A stretch of DNA of 64,000 bases from an uncultured Pseudomonadales bacterium (GTDB lineage Bacteria > Pseudomonadota > Gammaproteobacteria > Pseudomonadales > UBA7434). The stretch's first letter is position 1. Every line of letters starts with the position of its first letter. The DNA lies in contig CAZDEW010000001.1 of NCBI GenBank assembly GCA_964504585.1, forward strand, positions 95,868 to 159,867, in the 5' to 3' direction. This document shows, in pieces, positions 1-10,545 of the stretch. The notes beneath the pieces were generated by a model. That model made no database searches. It worked only from the letters and a program-made list of their open reading frames with translations, and was not told where the DNA came from. The position numbers and the translations under genes were made by a program.

Positions 1-420
1 GACGATATGGCCTTGCCCCCTCTGCTATTGCAGCCTCTGCTAGAAAACGCCATTCGCCATGGAATTGCGAAGATGAAAGAGTCGGGCTGGATTAGAGTAT
101 ACGGTGAGCGGCTTGAGGCGCGAGGCCCTTCAGGTGAGGAACACTACAAGGTTTGCGTGGAGAACGGCGTCGATACCGACTTCTTGCCTTATGCGGACGC
201 GGACAGCGATCGCCTGATGGGCGCGGCGGCTCTTGGTGAAGAGCACGGAATCGCGCTGGCGAATGTTAGAGCCAGGGTTGCCGCTTTTTTTCGCGACGAG
301 CGCACTGGTGAGGAGCGGGCCAGTGTTAAGGTAGAGATACTGTCCGGTCTCTGCAGAATAAGCCTGCAAATGCCCTACCTGAAAAACACAGCTGTAGAGG
401 GTCTCAATCGTGATCGCTGA
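1..420 (+). CDS. algZ: LytS/YehU-type sensor histidine kinase, C-terminal part (AlgZ/FimS-like); 5' truncated by window
   Basis: PPLLLQPLLENAIRHG N-box and GIALANVRAR motif; overlaps LytTR regulator upstream of hemC as in Pseudomonas; frame open to window edge. Confidence 0.8.
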   Translation, partial: DDMALPPLLLQPLLENAIRHGIAKMKESGWIRVYGERLEARGPSGEEHYKVCVENGVDTDFLPYADADSDRLMGAAALGEEHGIALANVRARVAAFFRDERTGEERASVKVEILSGLCRISLQMPYLKNTAVEGLNRDR

Positions 421-1168
421 TGCAGCTATTTCTGAACTATCGGTGCTGGTTGTTGACGATGAGCCTCTGGCCAGAGCGCGACTGGTCAAAATGCTGCGTT
501 CGCTCGGTGTCAAATCGGTTGAGCAGTTTGGCGATGGAGATGCTTGCCTTCAGCACTATCAGACCAGCGGCGCGCACGTGGTTCTGCTCGATATAGAAAT
601 GCCGGGAACACCGGGTGTGGCCGTGGCGGAAAAGCTCGCAATGTTGGACCCGGCGCCTGTTGTCATATTCTGTACTGCGTATGACAACTACGCCCTGCAG
701 GCCTTCGATGCTTCAGCGACCGATTACCTGCTCAAGCCTGTCGCGAAGGACAGGTTAGAAAAAGCCCTGCAAAAGGCTGTTGCCGTACGCCCTGACGGTA
801 CGGCCGAGTCTTCACCGGCGATTTCCGAGGGTGTGCCAGATCATATTTGGGTGAGCAAAGCGCTCGGTAGACAGCGAATCGAGCTTGCCGATATCCGCTA
901 TCTCTACGCCGATGCAAAATACGTTACCGCGGTCACCGAGAGTGCAGAGTATTTGCTTGAGGGAAGCCTCAAGTATTGGGAGTCCACCCTGGAGCCGGTC
1001 TTCATCAGGGTGCATCGGTCGACTCTGGTGGCTATCGATGCGATTATCGCATTGGAAAAAACCTCAGACAGTCAGATGACTGTCAGGCTGCGAGGGATAA
1101 GCAAGCCGCTTTCGGTGAGTCGCCGGCACTCAGCTGGGTTGAATAAACGACTGATCTTGAAATCTTGA
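410..1168 (+). CDS. algR: LytTR-family response regulator AlgR
   Basis: REC domain (VVDDEPLAR, LLDIEMP, DYLLKP) plus LytTR (FIRVHRS, VSRRH); synteny with hemC. Confidence 0.88.
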   Translation: MIADAAISELSVLVVDDEPLARARLVKMLRSLGVKSVEQFGDGDACLQHYQTSGAHVVLLDIEMPGTPGVAVAEKLAMLDPAPVVIFCTAYDNYALQAFDASATDYLLKPVAKDRLEKALQKAVAVRPDGTAESSPAISEGVPDHIWVSKALGRQRIELADIRYLYADAKYVTAVTESAEYLLEGSLKYWESTLEPVFIRVHRSTLVAIDAIIALEKTSDSQMTVRLRGISKPLSVSRRHSAGLNKRLILKS

Positions 1169-1247
1169 CTCGCTTGCGCGCATTTTGCGCCGCAGAAATT
1201 CGATAGAATAGAGCAACAAACAACTTGGGTTGCCCCTGCATCAATTT

Positions 1248-2252
1248 ATGGCCAAACAAAAGATAGTCATCGCGACACGCGAAAGCCCTCTGGCAATGTG
1301 GCAGGCGCGTCACGTCGCTCAGGAAATTGAATCTCGATGCCCGGGGTTTTCTACAGAACTTCTGGGTATGACCACAACCGGGGATCAGCAGCTCGCAACA
1401 TCGCTCAGCAAAATCGGCGGTAAGGGGTTGTTTGTCAAAGAGCTGGAGACAGCGCTCATGGATGGCCGCGCTGATCTGGCGGTGCATTCAGGCAAAGATG
1501 TACCCATGCAACTTCCGCTAGGAATGGAGCTCGCGGTTATTGATAGTCGCGAGGATCCGAGAGACGCGCTGATTTTGCCATCGGCAACCAGCCGGACTCA
1601 GGGCGTGCCGTTGATTGACTCGCTCGAAGCACTGGTTTCGATGCTCCCGGATGGCGCGGTTATTGGCACCTCTAGCCTTCGCAGAAAAGCACAGCTGCAG
1701 GCGCTTTGTCAGGGCCGGAGGTTTGTCATCCGCGATCTTCGAGGCAACCTGAACACGCGACTGAAGAAGTTGGACGATGGTGAGTACGATGCAATCATTC
1801 TAGCGGCGGCTGGCATGAAGAGGCTTGGTTGGGAGCATCGAATCAGCGCCTACTTTACCGTTGGCAGCATGCTCCCGGCAGTTGCTCAGGGTGCACTCGC
1901 CGTCGAATATCAGCAAAGCCGGCGAGAGTATTTGCATCCGGTACTGGATGCTCTTGTGCAGCACGAGACCCGGCTTTGTGTCGCGGCTGAGCGCGCATTC
2001 AATTACACATTGCAGGGCAGTTGTCAGGTTCCAATCGCCGCTCACGCGGAGCTTGCTCAGGATCATTTATCAATGCGGGGTCTGGTCGCGGCCGTCGACG
2101 GCAGTGAGCTACTCGAAGAAAATTCTGCCGTCGCGCTTGGGGCTACCGATCCCGATCAACAGATTCAACTCGCCGAGAGTATTGGACAAAATCTTGCCGA
2201 CAAGTTGCTTGCACGTGGAGCGCGAAGAATCCTCGATCAGGCGCTTGGCTAA
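1248..2252 (+). CDS. hemC: Hydroxymethylbilane synthase (porphobilinogen deaminase)
   Basis: IATRESPLAMWQA, GGKGLFVKELE, GTSSLRR, GSCQVP; ATG at 1248 chosen. Confidence 0.97.
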   Translation: MAKQKIVIATRESPLAMWQARHVAQEIESRCPGFSTELLGMTTTGDQQLATSLSKIGGKGLFVKELETALMDGRADLAVHSGKDVPMQLPLGMELAVIDSREDPRDALILPSATSRTQGVPLIDSLEALVSMLPDGAVIGTSSLRRKAQLQALCQGRRFVIRDLRGNLNTRLKKLDDGEYDAIILAAAGMKRLGWEHRISAYFTVGSMLPAVAQGALAVEYQQSRREYLHPVLDALVQHETRLCVAAERAFNYTLQGSCQVPIAAHAELAQDHLSMRGLVAAVDGSELLEENSAVALGATDPDQQIQLAESIGQNLADKLLARGARRILDQALG

Positions 2253-2267
2253 CGGCGGTCTGTTGGC

Positions 2268-3215
2268 GTGGCGCTCTACGATATTAACGTGCAAGAGAAC
2301 TGGAACAAGGACGCATTGGTTCTGATCACGCGGCCAGCCCATCAGGCGCACGCACTGCACGGCCTGTTCGAGTCGGTAGGTCTTAGCGCAAACTGCATGC
2401 CGATGATGGCAATAGAGCGTTTTGCGCAGCGTGAGCTCAGCGAAGACTCTTTTGCTTTGGTCGAGCATATCCAGCGACAATCGAGTTCAAATTGTGCGGC
2501 GGGTGAGGCGCCGGTAGCCAGGGCTCCGGAATACGATAGGGTTATCTTTGTCAGTGCCAATGCGGTAAATGCCGCTGCGGAACTGGTCAAAGGAGAAGGC
2601 TTTTTTAATCGCGTTCCCTGCATCGCCATGGGTAAGGCCAGCGCCGAGGCCATCCAGTATCAGGGCTGGCGGCTCGATCCGGCTTGCGAACTTACCGGTG
2701 CGTCCTGGGCAAGCAGTTCGGAAGCTTTACTTGCGCTTGACTGGGCGCAGCAGGTCGAGGGCCAGCGTTTACTTATCTGTCGTGGACAAGGCGGGCTAAC
2801 CTTGCTCGGAAATACCCTTCAGGACAGGGGTGCTACCGTTGATTTTCTCGAACTTTATCGCCGGGTTCCCTGTCGCTACGACTATGCTGAGCATCTGCGC
2901 CTTTGCCAGTGGCTCGCTGCGCCGACCGCGGAAACTAAGTTTGTTGTTTTAGGCAGCGTTCAGACGGCCGAGTTTTTCCTCGACCAGCTGGATAGCGCTG
3001 TCCGCGGCGTCACAGCCGCCGGCGATGATCCCTTTACGAGCGAGGAAGGTGCTGAAATTCGCGTAGCTCTGGTGGTGCCATCCAGACGAGCGGCGCAAGC
3101 TGTCGAGCGTTTACTGCAGAGCCACGGCGCCGCTACCCTTTTTACAACCAGCGTGCTGGTAGCAGAGAACGCAAGCGATATGGCGATGCTCGGCGCCGTG
3201 CGCAGCGCTCGCTAA
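2268..3215 (+). CDS. hemD: Uroporphyrinogen-III synthase
   Basis: VLITRP, IFVSANAV, SSEALL, RGQGG, ELYRR; follows hemC. Confidence 0.88.
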   Translation: MALYDINVQENWNKDALVLITRPAHQAHALHGLFESVGLSANCMPMMAIERFAQRELSEDSFALVEHIQRQSSSNCAAGEAPVARAPEYDRVIFVSANAVNAAAELVKGEGFFNRVPCIAMGKASAEAIQYQGWRLDPACELTGASWASSSEALLALDWAQQVEGQRLLICRGQGGLTLLGNTLQDRGATVDFLELYRRVPCRYDYAEHLRLCQWLAAPTAETKFVVLGSVQTAEFFLDQLDSAVRGVTAAGDDPFTSEEGAEIRVALVVPSRRAAQAVERLLQSHGAATLFTTSVLVAENASDMAMLGAVRSAR

Positions 3216-3304
3216 TATTTTGCAAAACCAGGCAAGCGCTACCTCGCCGGAGCGCGTCGCACTGATGGCGCAAGCTCGGTTACAATGGGGTTATACAGTA
3301 TCGC

Positions 3305-4894
3305 GTGAGTCCAGATATGTCAGAAGACAAAACCAACGACAAGCAGCCGGATATCGACAAAGGCGTTGATCAAGCGGCAGATAGTGCCCCGACGAAGGCG
3401 GCGGCTGGTCGAGCAGCGGATCGAACCGCCGATAATGTGCCAACGGTTCAGCCTGAAGATGGCGTGACTGGAACACAGGGGGCAGCACCGGATGGGGACA
3501 GCGACGGCGTCTCTGCTGGCAACCCTGAAGAGGTCTTGCTCGAGTCCTATGGCAGCGATGTTGATGACTCTGGTAACGCTGATGACTCTAGTAACGCTGA
3601 AGGCTCTAGCGACGGTGCATCAGGCAAGGCAAATAGCGCTGATGTTGGTGCCGGAACCGATACGTCGGCGGGCGCCGCGCAGCCGGTCGCAGCTACAGCA
3701 ATAAAAACTGGCCGACCGCTGGCACTTCTCGCGCTACTCATGTCTTTGCTCGCGCTGGCAGCCTCCGCCGCCGCTGGATGGTTGTATTTCCAGTATCAGC
3801 AGGGTTCTGACAAGTTCGCGCAGGCGCAAAGTGGTCAGGTCGATGCGATTGCGGATTCAGTAGACGGCCAGTTCGAGAAAATTGACGCTTTACAGCGCAG
3901 GCTTGGAGTTGCCGAGGAATCATTAGCGAGCGAGACGCGTGAGCGCAGCGTTCTGGCCGAAGGAGTCACCGCGCAGCTATCAGCTCTGGAAGCAAAAGCG
4001 CAAAGTCATGCGCGACGCATCCTGGCGATGACCGCGACGACGACGGATGACTGGCGAGTCGCCGAGGTAGACTACTTGCTGAGACTCGCAAACCAGCGAT
4101 TGATGATTTCGTCGGATTCGGAAACGGCTCTAAGTCTTATCGAAACTGCTGACGGCATCTTGCTTGAGCTTGCGGATCCACGCTTGACAGCAGCTCGTGA
4201 GGCGATCGCGGATGATCGTGCTGCACTGTTGCTGGTGGCTGACCTCGACGTCGATGGCGTTTTTCTTGCCTTATCCGCGATCAGTAAGAACATCAATGCG
4301 CTACCGGTTGTCAGTGCGCCAACATTCGAAACCGTCAGGGATAAGTTTGGTGAGTCGGAGAATGCTGATGGCGACGCAGAATCCCAAACAGATGCCTCAA
4401 CAGATGCGGCAGATCAGGACGACGCGATACCGGGCTTTATCAAGGCGATCGGCAGCGTCTTTGTTCGGGGCTGGAAAGAAATTCAAAGCTGGATGATTAT
4501 CAACAGGCCCGATGCAGCGGTAAAACCGCTGTTGCCTCCAGAGCAGCAGTACTACCTTCGCAACAATCTACGCATGCTGATCAACCAGGCTCAGATTTCT
4601 TTGCTGGAGCAGCGGCAGGCGCCCTACCAAGACAGTTTGCAAAATGCCATTGAGTGGCTGGTTGACTACTTCCCGCAGAGCGAGTCTGCGGTGCAAAATC
4701 TCATTGCTGAGCTGGAGCAGTTGGCTGCGCTTGATATTGATCCAGACTATCCGGATTTGTCTAATTCTCTCCTGCAGATCAAGGGGTTTATCAATAGCCA
4801 GCTCGAGCCGCAAGTTCGGGACGATGTTCAGGCCGAGAAGAGTGAAGACCCAAATGAAAGGGGTGTCGAAGAGCAGAGTCAGGAGGACGCTTGA
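3305..4894 (+). CDS. hemX: HemX-family membrane protein with long acidic N-terminal extension
   Basis: TM helix, WRVAEVDYLLRLANQRL, PLLPPEQQYYLRNNLR; between hemD and hemY. Confidence 0.88.
   Translation: MSPDMSEDKTNDKQPDIDKGVDQAADSAPTKAAAGRAADRTADNVPTVQPEDGVTGTQGAAPDGDSDGVSAGNPEEVLLESYGSDVDDSGNADDSSNAEGSSDGASGKANSADVGAGTDTSAGAAQPVAATAIKTGRPLALLALLMSLLALAASAAAGWLYFQYQQGSDKFAQAQSGQVDAIADSVDGQFEKIDALQRRLGVAEESLASETRERSVLAEGVTAQLSALEAKAQSHARRILAMTATTTDDWRVAEVDYLLRLANQRLMISSDSETALSLIETADGILLELADPRLTAAREAIADDRAALLLVADLDVDGVFLALSAISKNINALPVVSAPTFETVRDKFGESENADGDAESQTDASTDAADQDDAIPGFIKAIGSVFVRGWKEIQSWMIINRPDAAVKPLLPPEQQYYLRNNLRMLINQAQISLLEQRQAPYQDSLQNAIEWLVDYFPQSESAVQNLIAELEQLAALDIDPDYPDLSNSLLQIKGFINSQLEPQVRDDVQAEKSEDPNERGVEEQSQEDA
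3563..3616 (+). repeat. 18-bp in-frame tandem repeat x3 in hemX (DDSGNA/DDSSNA/EGSSDG)
   Basis: gatgactctggtaacgct / gatgactctagtaacgct / gaaggctctagcgacggt. Confidence 0.75.
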
Positions 4895-6156
4895 TGAGAA
4901 AGCTTTTTCTGACATTTCTCTTTGTGCTTGCAGCGGCACTGCTGCTCATTTTGTTCGTCGAAAAAGGTGACGGTTACGTACTGATTGCATTGGCAGGACA
5001 GACCATCGAAATGCCGGTACTGCTTGCACTACTTATTTTGCTGCTGGTTTATTTTCTCATTTCCATCTCTCTATTTTTCCTGCGAACGTTTTTTGGGGCG
5101 CCTGGTAGCGTATCTCGATGGATAGGCAATCAGCGCCAGAAACAAAGTCTTAGTCGGACAAGTCAGGGGTTGGTAGCGTTTGTCGAGGGTCGCTGGGACT
5201 ATGCGAGCAAGTCGCTTGAGCGTTCTGCAGCGGGTTCCAGCACGCCATTTGTTAATTACCTTTTTGCGGCACGCGCGAGCTCTGAGCTCGGTGATGTCAA
5301 GGCGGTAGACGGTTATCTAAAGCTGGCTGAGCAAGCCGGCCCGGAAGCGCACATAGCGATTGGCCTCACACAGGCCGAACTGCAGTGCCAAAATGGGCAA
5401 TATGAAAAAGCATTGGCGACTTTGTTGCGAGTGCGACGCGCCTCGCAGAGCCATCCGGTTGGTGGAAAGCTGTTGACCGAGGTCTATGTGCAGCTGGGAG
5501 ACTGGCACAATCTGCTGAAGTTGCTGCCAACTTTGGGTGGTGACATCTTCTCTCAGGATCAGCTAGCCGGTTTAGAAAATCAGGCTTGTGAAGCGCTTAT
5601 ACAGAAGGTTGAACGTGAGGGGGATCTGGGCCAGTTGCAGGCCGAGTGGAAGCGCATTCCAGCGTCTGCAAAGAAGCGTGAGAGCGTTATTGCTATTTAT
5701 GTGCGCGCGCTGTTACGCAATGGTCATGCGAGTGAGGCAGAGCTCGTTGTCAGGCAGCAGCTTCAGCGTCACTTTAGCTCAGAGATGGCCGAGCTTTATG
5801 GCATGACGATTGATGAAAAGCCCGGTAGACAGTACAGCTTCGCGCAAAAGCTGTTAAAGAGCTATGAAACAGACTCGGCACTTCTGCTTACCATGGGTCG
5901 CTTGAGTTTGCGCCTTGATGATACGGAATCAGCCAGATCTTTTTTTGAAAAGAGCCTGGCTCAGAAACATAGCGCGGCGGCATTTGCCGAACTGGCTAGC
6001 CTCTACTCCCTCGCGGGAGAGTTCCAGAAAAGTTCCTTGCTCTACGCCAAAGCCGCGATGCTGCGAGGTAGCAGTCTGTCGGCTCCGCTGTTTGTAAAAG
6101 GGCCGGCTGGTCTAAGCGCATCGTCCCGGCCAGATTCGCAAGATCATGCAGACTAG
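4891..6156 (+). CDS. hemY: HemY N-terminal/TPR protein
   Basis: GYVLIA..GQTIE motif, two N-terminal TM segments, TPR-like helices; follows hemX. Confidence 0.88.
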   Translation: MMRKLFLTFLFVLAAALLLILFVEKGDGYVLIALAGQTIEMPVLLALLILLLVYFLISISLFFLRTFFGAPGSVSRWIGNQRQKQSLSRTSQGLVAFVEGRWDYASKSLERSAAGSSTPFVNYLFAARASSELGDVKAVDGYLKLAEQAGPEAHIAIGLTQAELQCQNGQYEKALATLLRVRRASQSHPVGGKLLTEVYVQLGDWHNLLKLLPTLGGDIFSQDQLAGLENQACEALIQKVEREGDLGQLQAEWKRIPASAKKRESVIAIYVRALLRNGHASEAELVVRQQLQRHFSSEMAELYGMTIDEKPGRQYSFAQKLLKSYETDSALLLTMGRLSLRLDDTESARSFFEKSLAQKHSAAAFAELASLYSLAGEFQKSSLLYAKAAMLRGSSLSAPLFVKGPAGLSASSRPDSQDHAD

Positions 6157-6895
6157 CGCTGAACTTAATAGCGTTGCTAGCCCCGCGGTCAATTGCATAA
6201 TCCATGAAGGTGTCGCAAGAATCGCGATAGATGATGGAAAGGGCAACGCATTGTCGCCCTCACTGATTGCCCAGATCAATAAAGCGCTGGACAAAGCTGA
6301 AAGCGCTGGCGCTATCGTCGTGATCGAGGGCCGAGAGGGTATTTTCAGCGCTGGTTTCGACCTGTCTGTGCTAAAGACAGGGGTCGGGGCGGCGTACACT
6401 ATGTTGATTGAGGGCTTTAAGCTCGCGCGTCGCATGCTCGCTTTCCCGCGCCCCGTCATTTTGGTGAGCACCGGACATGCGATTGCCATGGGCGCCTTTC
6501 TCGTACTCAGCGCTGACTACAGGATCGGTCTGCGCGGCGATTATCGCTACGTTGCGAACGAGGTGGAGATAGGGCTGACGATGCCACATGCAGCGGTTGA
6601 GATTTGCCGTCAGCGCCTTTCTAACAGTTGCTTTCATCGAGCCGTTAATCTCTCTGAAGTGTTTTCTCCGGAGCGCGCGGTTGAGGTGGGTTTTCTTGAT
6701 GCGGTGGCGTCGGCCGATGAGCTCGATGAGCTATTGGCGACAACGCTTGGCAGGTTTTCGTCACTCGATTCAAAGGCGCATAAGCAAACCAAGCTTCGCG
6801 CGCGACAATCATCGCTGCGCGCAATCGATCGGGCGATTACGCGCGACCGGATTGACTTTGTTAAGATGGGCGTTCGCCGGGCCTTATCACTTTAG
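6146..6895 (+). CDS. Crotonase/enoyl-CoA hydratase family protein
   Basis: DDGKGNALS, FSAGFDL, GHAIAMGA, NEVEIGL. Confidence 0.9.
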   Translation: MQTSAELNSVASPAVNCIIHEGVARIAIDDGKGNALSPSLIAQINKALDKAESAGAIVVIEGREGIFSAGFDLSVLKTGVGAAYTMLIEGFKLARRMLAFPRPVILVSTGHAIAMGAFLVLSADYRIGLRGDYRYVANEVEIGLTMPHAAVEICRQRLSNSCFHRAVNLSEVFSPERAVEVGFLDAVASADELDELLATTLGRFSSLDSKAHKQTKLRARQSSLRAIDRAITRDRIDFVKMGVRRALSL

Positions 6896-6981
6896 CCGTA
6901 GTTACTAGAGCCATATATTGAAGCCATAAAACGCAACGCGAAGTTGAGTTTTCTCCGTTATTCCATGCTTGTGTTCTTGCT

Positions 6982-8058
6982 TCAAGATTTTCCTTCAAGT
7001 TCCCTTAAGGCCCAGTCTACGTGTTCAGCGACGAGCTCAGAATAATTGCGTCTGCGCTTGAGCGCCTGAACAACTTCGTCTGACGCCGGGCCGTTCCCCA
7101 ATGCGATTGCGATATTCCTGAGCCATCGCTCAAAGCCAATCCGTCTAATGGGCGACCCTTGTGTGCGAAGGTCAAAGTCTTCCTTTGTCCAGTTGAACAG
7201 ATCCAGTAGCTCGGCTTTATCAAGGGCATGTCGCGGTTCAAAATCTTCTTCTTTAGCCTGTTCGCTAAACTTATTCCAGGGGCACACAATCTGACAGTCG
7301 TCGCAGCCAAAAATCCGGTTGCCAATCGGCCTGCGAAACTCTTCGGGAATGCTTCCCTTTAGCTCGATCGTTAGATAGGAAATACAGCGGCGGGCATCGA
7401 GCTGATAGGCGCCGTTAAAGGCATTGGTTGGACAATCGTCAAGGCAGGCGCGGCAGCTGCCGCAATGCTCTGTTTCTGTCGCTATGTCGCGGGGCAACTT
7501 GAGATCGGTATAGATCTCGCCAAGGAAGAACCAGGAGCCTGCACCCTTGTTAATTAGCATGGTGTTTTTTCCAATCCAGCCCAGCCCAGCCAGCTCCGCG
7601 TAGGCACGCTCAAGAACGGGCGCGCTGTCCACGAAAGGGCGCTGGGAGCTATCGGCGAACTGATCGCTTATTCTGTCGCAAAGGAGCGCAAGTCGTCGGC
7701 GCATCAACTTGTGATAATCGCGCCCAAGCGCATACTGAGAGATGAAAGCTCGAGTTGTTTGATTGGCCAGCTTCTGCGAGTCGTCCCGGTGTCGCTGTCG
7801 GTAATCCATGCGTAGACTGATAACACTATGTGTACCCTGATGCAGCGATTGTGGATCCAGCCGCAGGCTCTCTCTATCACGCATATACTCCATCTCGCCG
7901 TGAAAGCCATTTTCCAGCCACCGCTGGTAGTGCTCTGCGTGATGCTTGGGGTCTGCGCCGGTAATCCTGCAGTCTTGAAACCCCAGCTCTTCGGACCAGC
8001 GCTTGATCGTTGCAGCCAGTGAGATGAGATCCGGCGTATTTGAATTCTGTTCCCGCAT
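6982..8058 (-). CDS. queG: Epoxyqueuosine reductase
   Basis: YALGRDYH, VDSAPVLER, CGSCRACLDDCP, GCDDCQIVCPWN; divergent from nnr. Confidence 0.96.
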   Translation of the reverse strand: MREQNSNTPDLISLAATIKRWSEELGFQDCRITGADPKHHAEHYQRWLENGFHGEMEYMRDRESLRLDPQSLHQGTHSVISLRMDYRQRHRDDSQKLANQTTRAFISQYALGRDYHKLMRRRLALLCDRISDQFADSSQRPFVDSAPVLERAYAELAGLGWIGKNTMLINKGAGSWFFLGEIYTDLKLPRDIATETEHCGSCRACLDDCPTNAFNGAYQLDARRCISYLTIELKGSIPEEFRRPIGNRIFGCDDCQIVCPWNKFSEQAKEEDFEPRHALDKAELLDLFNWTKEDFDLRTQGSPIRRIGFERWLRNIAIALGNGPASDEVVQALKRRRNYSELVAEHVDWALRELEGKS

Positions 8059-8293
8059 TTGGTCTTCTAGAACCCTTCATTCGACGCAAGTGATTAAGCT
8101 TGCAACGTTATCTTAAATTCGCGCTATGCAGCTAGCTATGTTGATCGTGGGTCCTTAGCTACTTGTTCCAATATTGATGCTTCTAAGATCTTTGCTGCGA
8201 TGCGATACTTTTGCCGTAACCAACCCCTTTGTGAATAAAGCGCGACCGATGATTGCCAAGAAAGCAGGCGCCATAGTCAGTGAAGTGCCATCT

Positions 8294-9946
8294 ATGGGAA
8301 GCGATTGGCGCTATTCTCCCACGTTGCCGGAGTTGCTGTACACCGCGGAGCAATGCCGGGCGATAGACGCTGGAATTATAAATAGCGGGACACCAGGTTT
8401 GGTTTTGATGAAGAGGGCCGCTCGCGCCGCTTTTCAAAAAATTCAGCGCATCTATTGTTCGCGTGATACCGAGAAACGGTCGATCTTTGTGTTCTGTGGC
8501 AAAGGCAACAATGCCGGTGATGGTTACCTGTTGGCACAGTTAGCCACCGATGCCGGTTACACGGTGCTTACAATAGAGCTAGCTGAGGCCGCTACACTGA
8601 CCGCCGATGCGCGATCAGCCCGTGAGCATTTGGTACAGGCGGGCGGGCAAGTGGTGGGTTGGCGAAGCTTTGACATAGAGCAAATCTCTCAAGCCTGCAT
8701 CATTGTCGACGCGATCCTTGGCACCGGTATCGTTGGAGTCCCTCGGGCAGATTATGCTCAGGCGATATTGGCAATCAACCAGCAGGCCAGCATGACGCAG
8801 AGCTGTGTTGTTTCTCTGGATATTCCGTCCGGGCTTTGCAGCGACACAGGTGCTTCGAGCGGGAATGAGTATGGGTCCACCACGATCGTTGCAGACCATA
8901 CGATTTGCTTTGTTGCTCTCAAACAGGGCCTTATCTTGGGTGACGCGCGCGCTTATGTCGGAGAAATCACGTTTGACTCGCTAATTGGTGATTGCGACGC
9001 ACCGATTCCAACACCCAGTCATCTTGCGCGTTGCCGTGTAGAAAAGCTCGCCGCTGGCTGGCCCCGGAGTGTTGCCTTGGCAAACAAATATACCAACGAT
9101 GCTGTGACTGTAATCGGCGGTGACTTTGGTATGGGTGGAGCGCCATTAATGTCCGCCTCTGCGGCCCTGCGCCTTGGCGCCGGTCTGGTTAAGCTCATTA
9201 CTAGACCAGAAAACAGTGCCGCGGCCGTGACATATCAGCCGGAGCTGCTGGTACAGGGCGTTGATGAAAATTTGCAAAGTCTGGAAACCATTATTCCACG
9301 CCAGACAGGTATCGTTTGTATTGGTCCGGGGCTGGGTCAGGCGCGATGGGCTCGGCAGCTTCTTGAGCAGGTTCTTGAGTATGCTGCGGAAAATGAAATA
9401 TTGCTCGTGGTTGATGCTGATGCGCTTAATCTCATCGCCAGCAATAGCGATATTAGGCAACGCTTTGTTAACACCGGCAACACGATCATTACTCCACACA
9501 TGGGCGAAGCGAGGCGATTGCTGCAGTCAGTTGACGCTTCCACTCCTGAGGGCGCTAACGCGCTCTTGAGTCGGAGCTCTTCGCTTGAGATGGCGCGCCA
9601 ATTATCCAGCGCGCTCAATACGCGGGTAGTGTTGAAAGGTCCCGCCACAGTCTGCGTCACGTCACCGCAGAGAGCCGAATACGAGTCAGCAGGCGCGCCA
9701 GTACTGGACAGGTGCTGTCTCTATGGCAATTCGGTTTTGGCTACCGCCGGAACAGGCGATGTTCTGGTAGGTATGCTTGCTGCGGCACTGCTTAGATACG
9801 ATGATATCGATCTCGCTATCGAGATGGCGGTGACGCTGCAGACTGTAGCCGCTGATTATCACTGTAGAGTATCGGGAAGAGTCGGTTTTACCGCGATAAG
9901 CACAGTCGATGCGGCGGTGGATTTACTCTGTGAGCTGGATCCATAG
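8294..9946 (+). CDS. nnr: Bifunctional NAD(P)HX epimerase/dehydratase (start uncertain: 8174/8249/8294)
   Basis: GKGNNAGDG, DIPSG, GPGLG, DADALN, TPHMGEA, ATAGTGDVL. Confidence 0.92.
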   Translation: MGSDWRYSPTLPELLYTAEQCRAIDAGIINSGTPGLVLMKRAARAAFQKIQRIYCSRDTEKRSIFVFCGKGNNAGDGYLLAQLATDAGYTVLTIELAEAATLTADARSAREHLVQAGGQVVGWRSFDIEQISQACIIVDAILGTGIVGVPRADYAQAILAINQQASMTQSCVVSLDIPSGLCSDTGASSGNEYGSTTIVADHTICFVALKQGLILGDARAYVGEITFDSLIGDCDAPIPTPSHLARCRVEKLAAGWPRSVALANKYTNDAVTVIGGDFGMGGAPLMSASAALRLGAGLVKLITRPENSAAAVTYQPELLVQGVDENLQSLETIIPRQTGIVCIGPGLGQARWARQLLEQVLEYAAENEILLVVDADALNLIASNSDIRQRFVNTGNTIITPHMGEARRLLQSVDASTPEGANALLSRSSSLEMARQLSSALNTRVVLKGPATVCVTSPQRAEYESAGAPVLDRCCLYGNSVLATAGTGDVLVGMLAAALLRYDDIDLAIEMAVTLQTVAADYHCRVSGRVGFTAISTVDAAVDLLCELDP

Positions 9947-9968
9947 CGGTATAGGGCGAACGAGAGCA

Positions 9969-10493
9969 ATGGCGGCTTGTAGAATTAGCATACCCTGTGA
10001 ACAGGCGACCCAGGATCTCGGGATAGTTTTCGCCGAAGAACTGTCAACAATCAATGACAGGCCATTGATGGTCTACTTGCTCGGCGATCTTGGTAGCGGC
10101 AAAACTACTTTCGTTCGCAGTATCGTGAATGCTTTTGGTCATAGCGGCAACGTTAAAAGCCCGACCTATACCCTTGTAGAACCCTATGAGCTTGCATCGA
10201 GAAGCATCTATCACTTTGATCTCTATCGGCTGGCTGATCCGGAAGAGCTCGATTTTCTTGGTGTGGAGTCGTATTTTTCTGAGGCTGGCAACCTCTGTTT
10301 GGTCGAGTGGCCGCAGAAAGGCATGGGCTATTTGCCGGAGCCATCCATTAAAGTCGAAATTAAACTCTCAGGTGAAAATCAGCTCGACAGCGGTGACTAT
10401 GATCGACGTGAATTTTGTTTTTCAGCTAACCGAGAACCGTTCATCGAGCTGTTGAAGGGGCTTTGCAGCAAGCAAGGCGCGACTCTTGCGTAG
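9969..10493 (+). CDS. tsaE: tRNA threonylcarbamoyladenosine biosynthesis ATPase
   Basis: GDLGSGKTT, VKSPTYTLVEPY, HFDLYRL, VEWP. Confidence 0.96.
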   Translation: MAACRISIPCEQATQDLGIVFAEELSTINDRPLMVYLLGDLGSGKTTFVRSIVNAFGHSGNVKSPTYTLVEPYELASRSIYHFDLYRLADPEELDFLGVESYFSEAGNLCLVEWPQKGMGYLPEPSIKVEIKLSGENQLDSGDYDRREFCFSANREPFIELLKGLCSKQGATLA

Positions 10494-10545
10494 AAGATAT
10501 CAGCCCGGCACCTGAAAAAACTATCGTGCGAATACATATAAAAGG

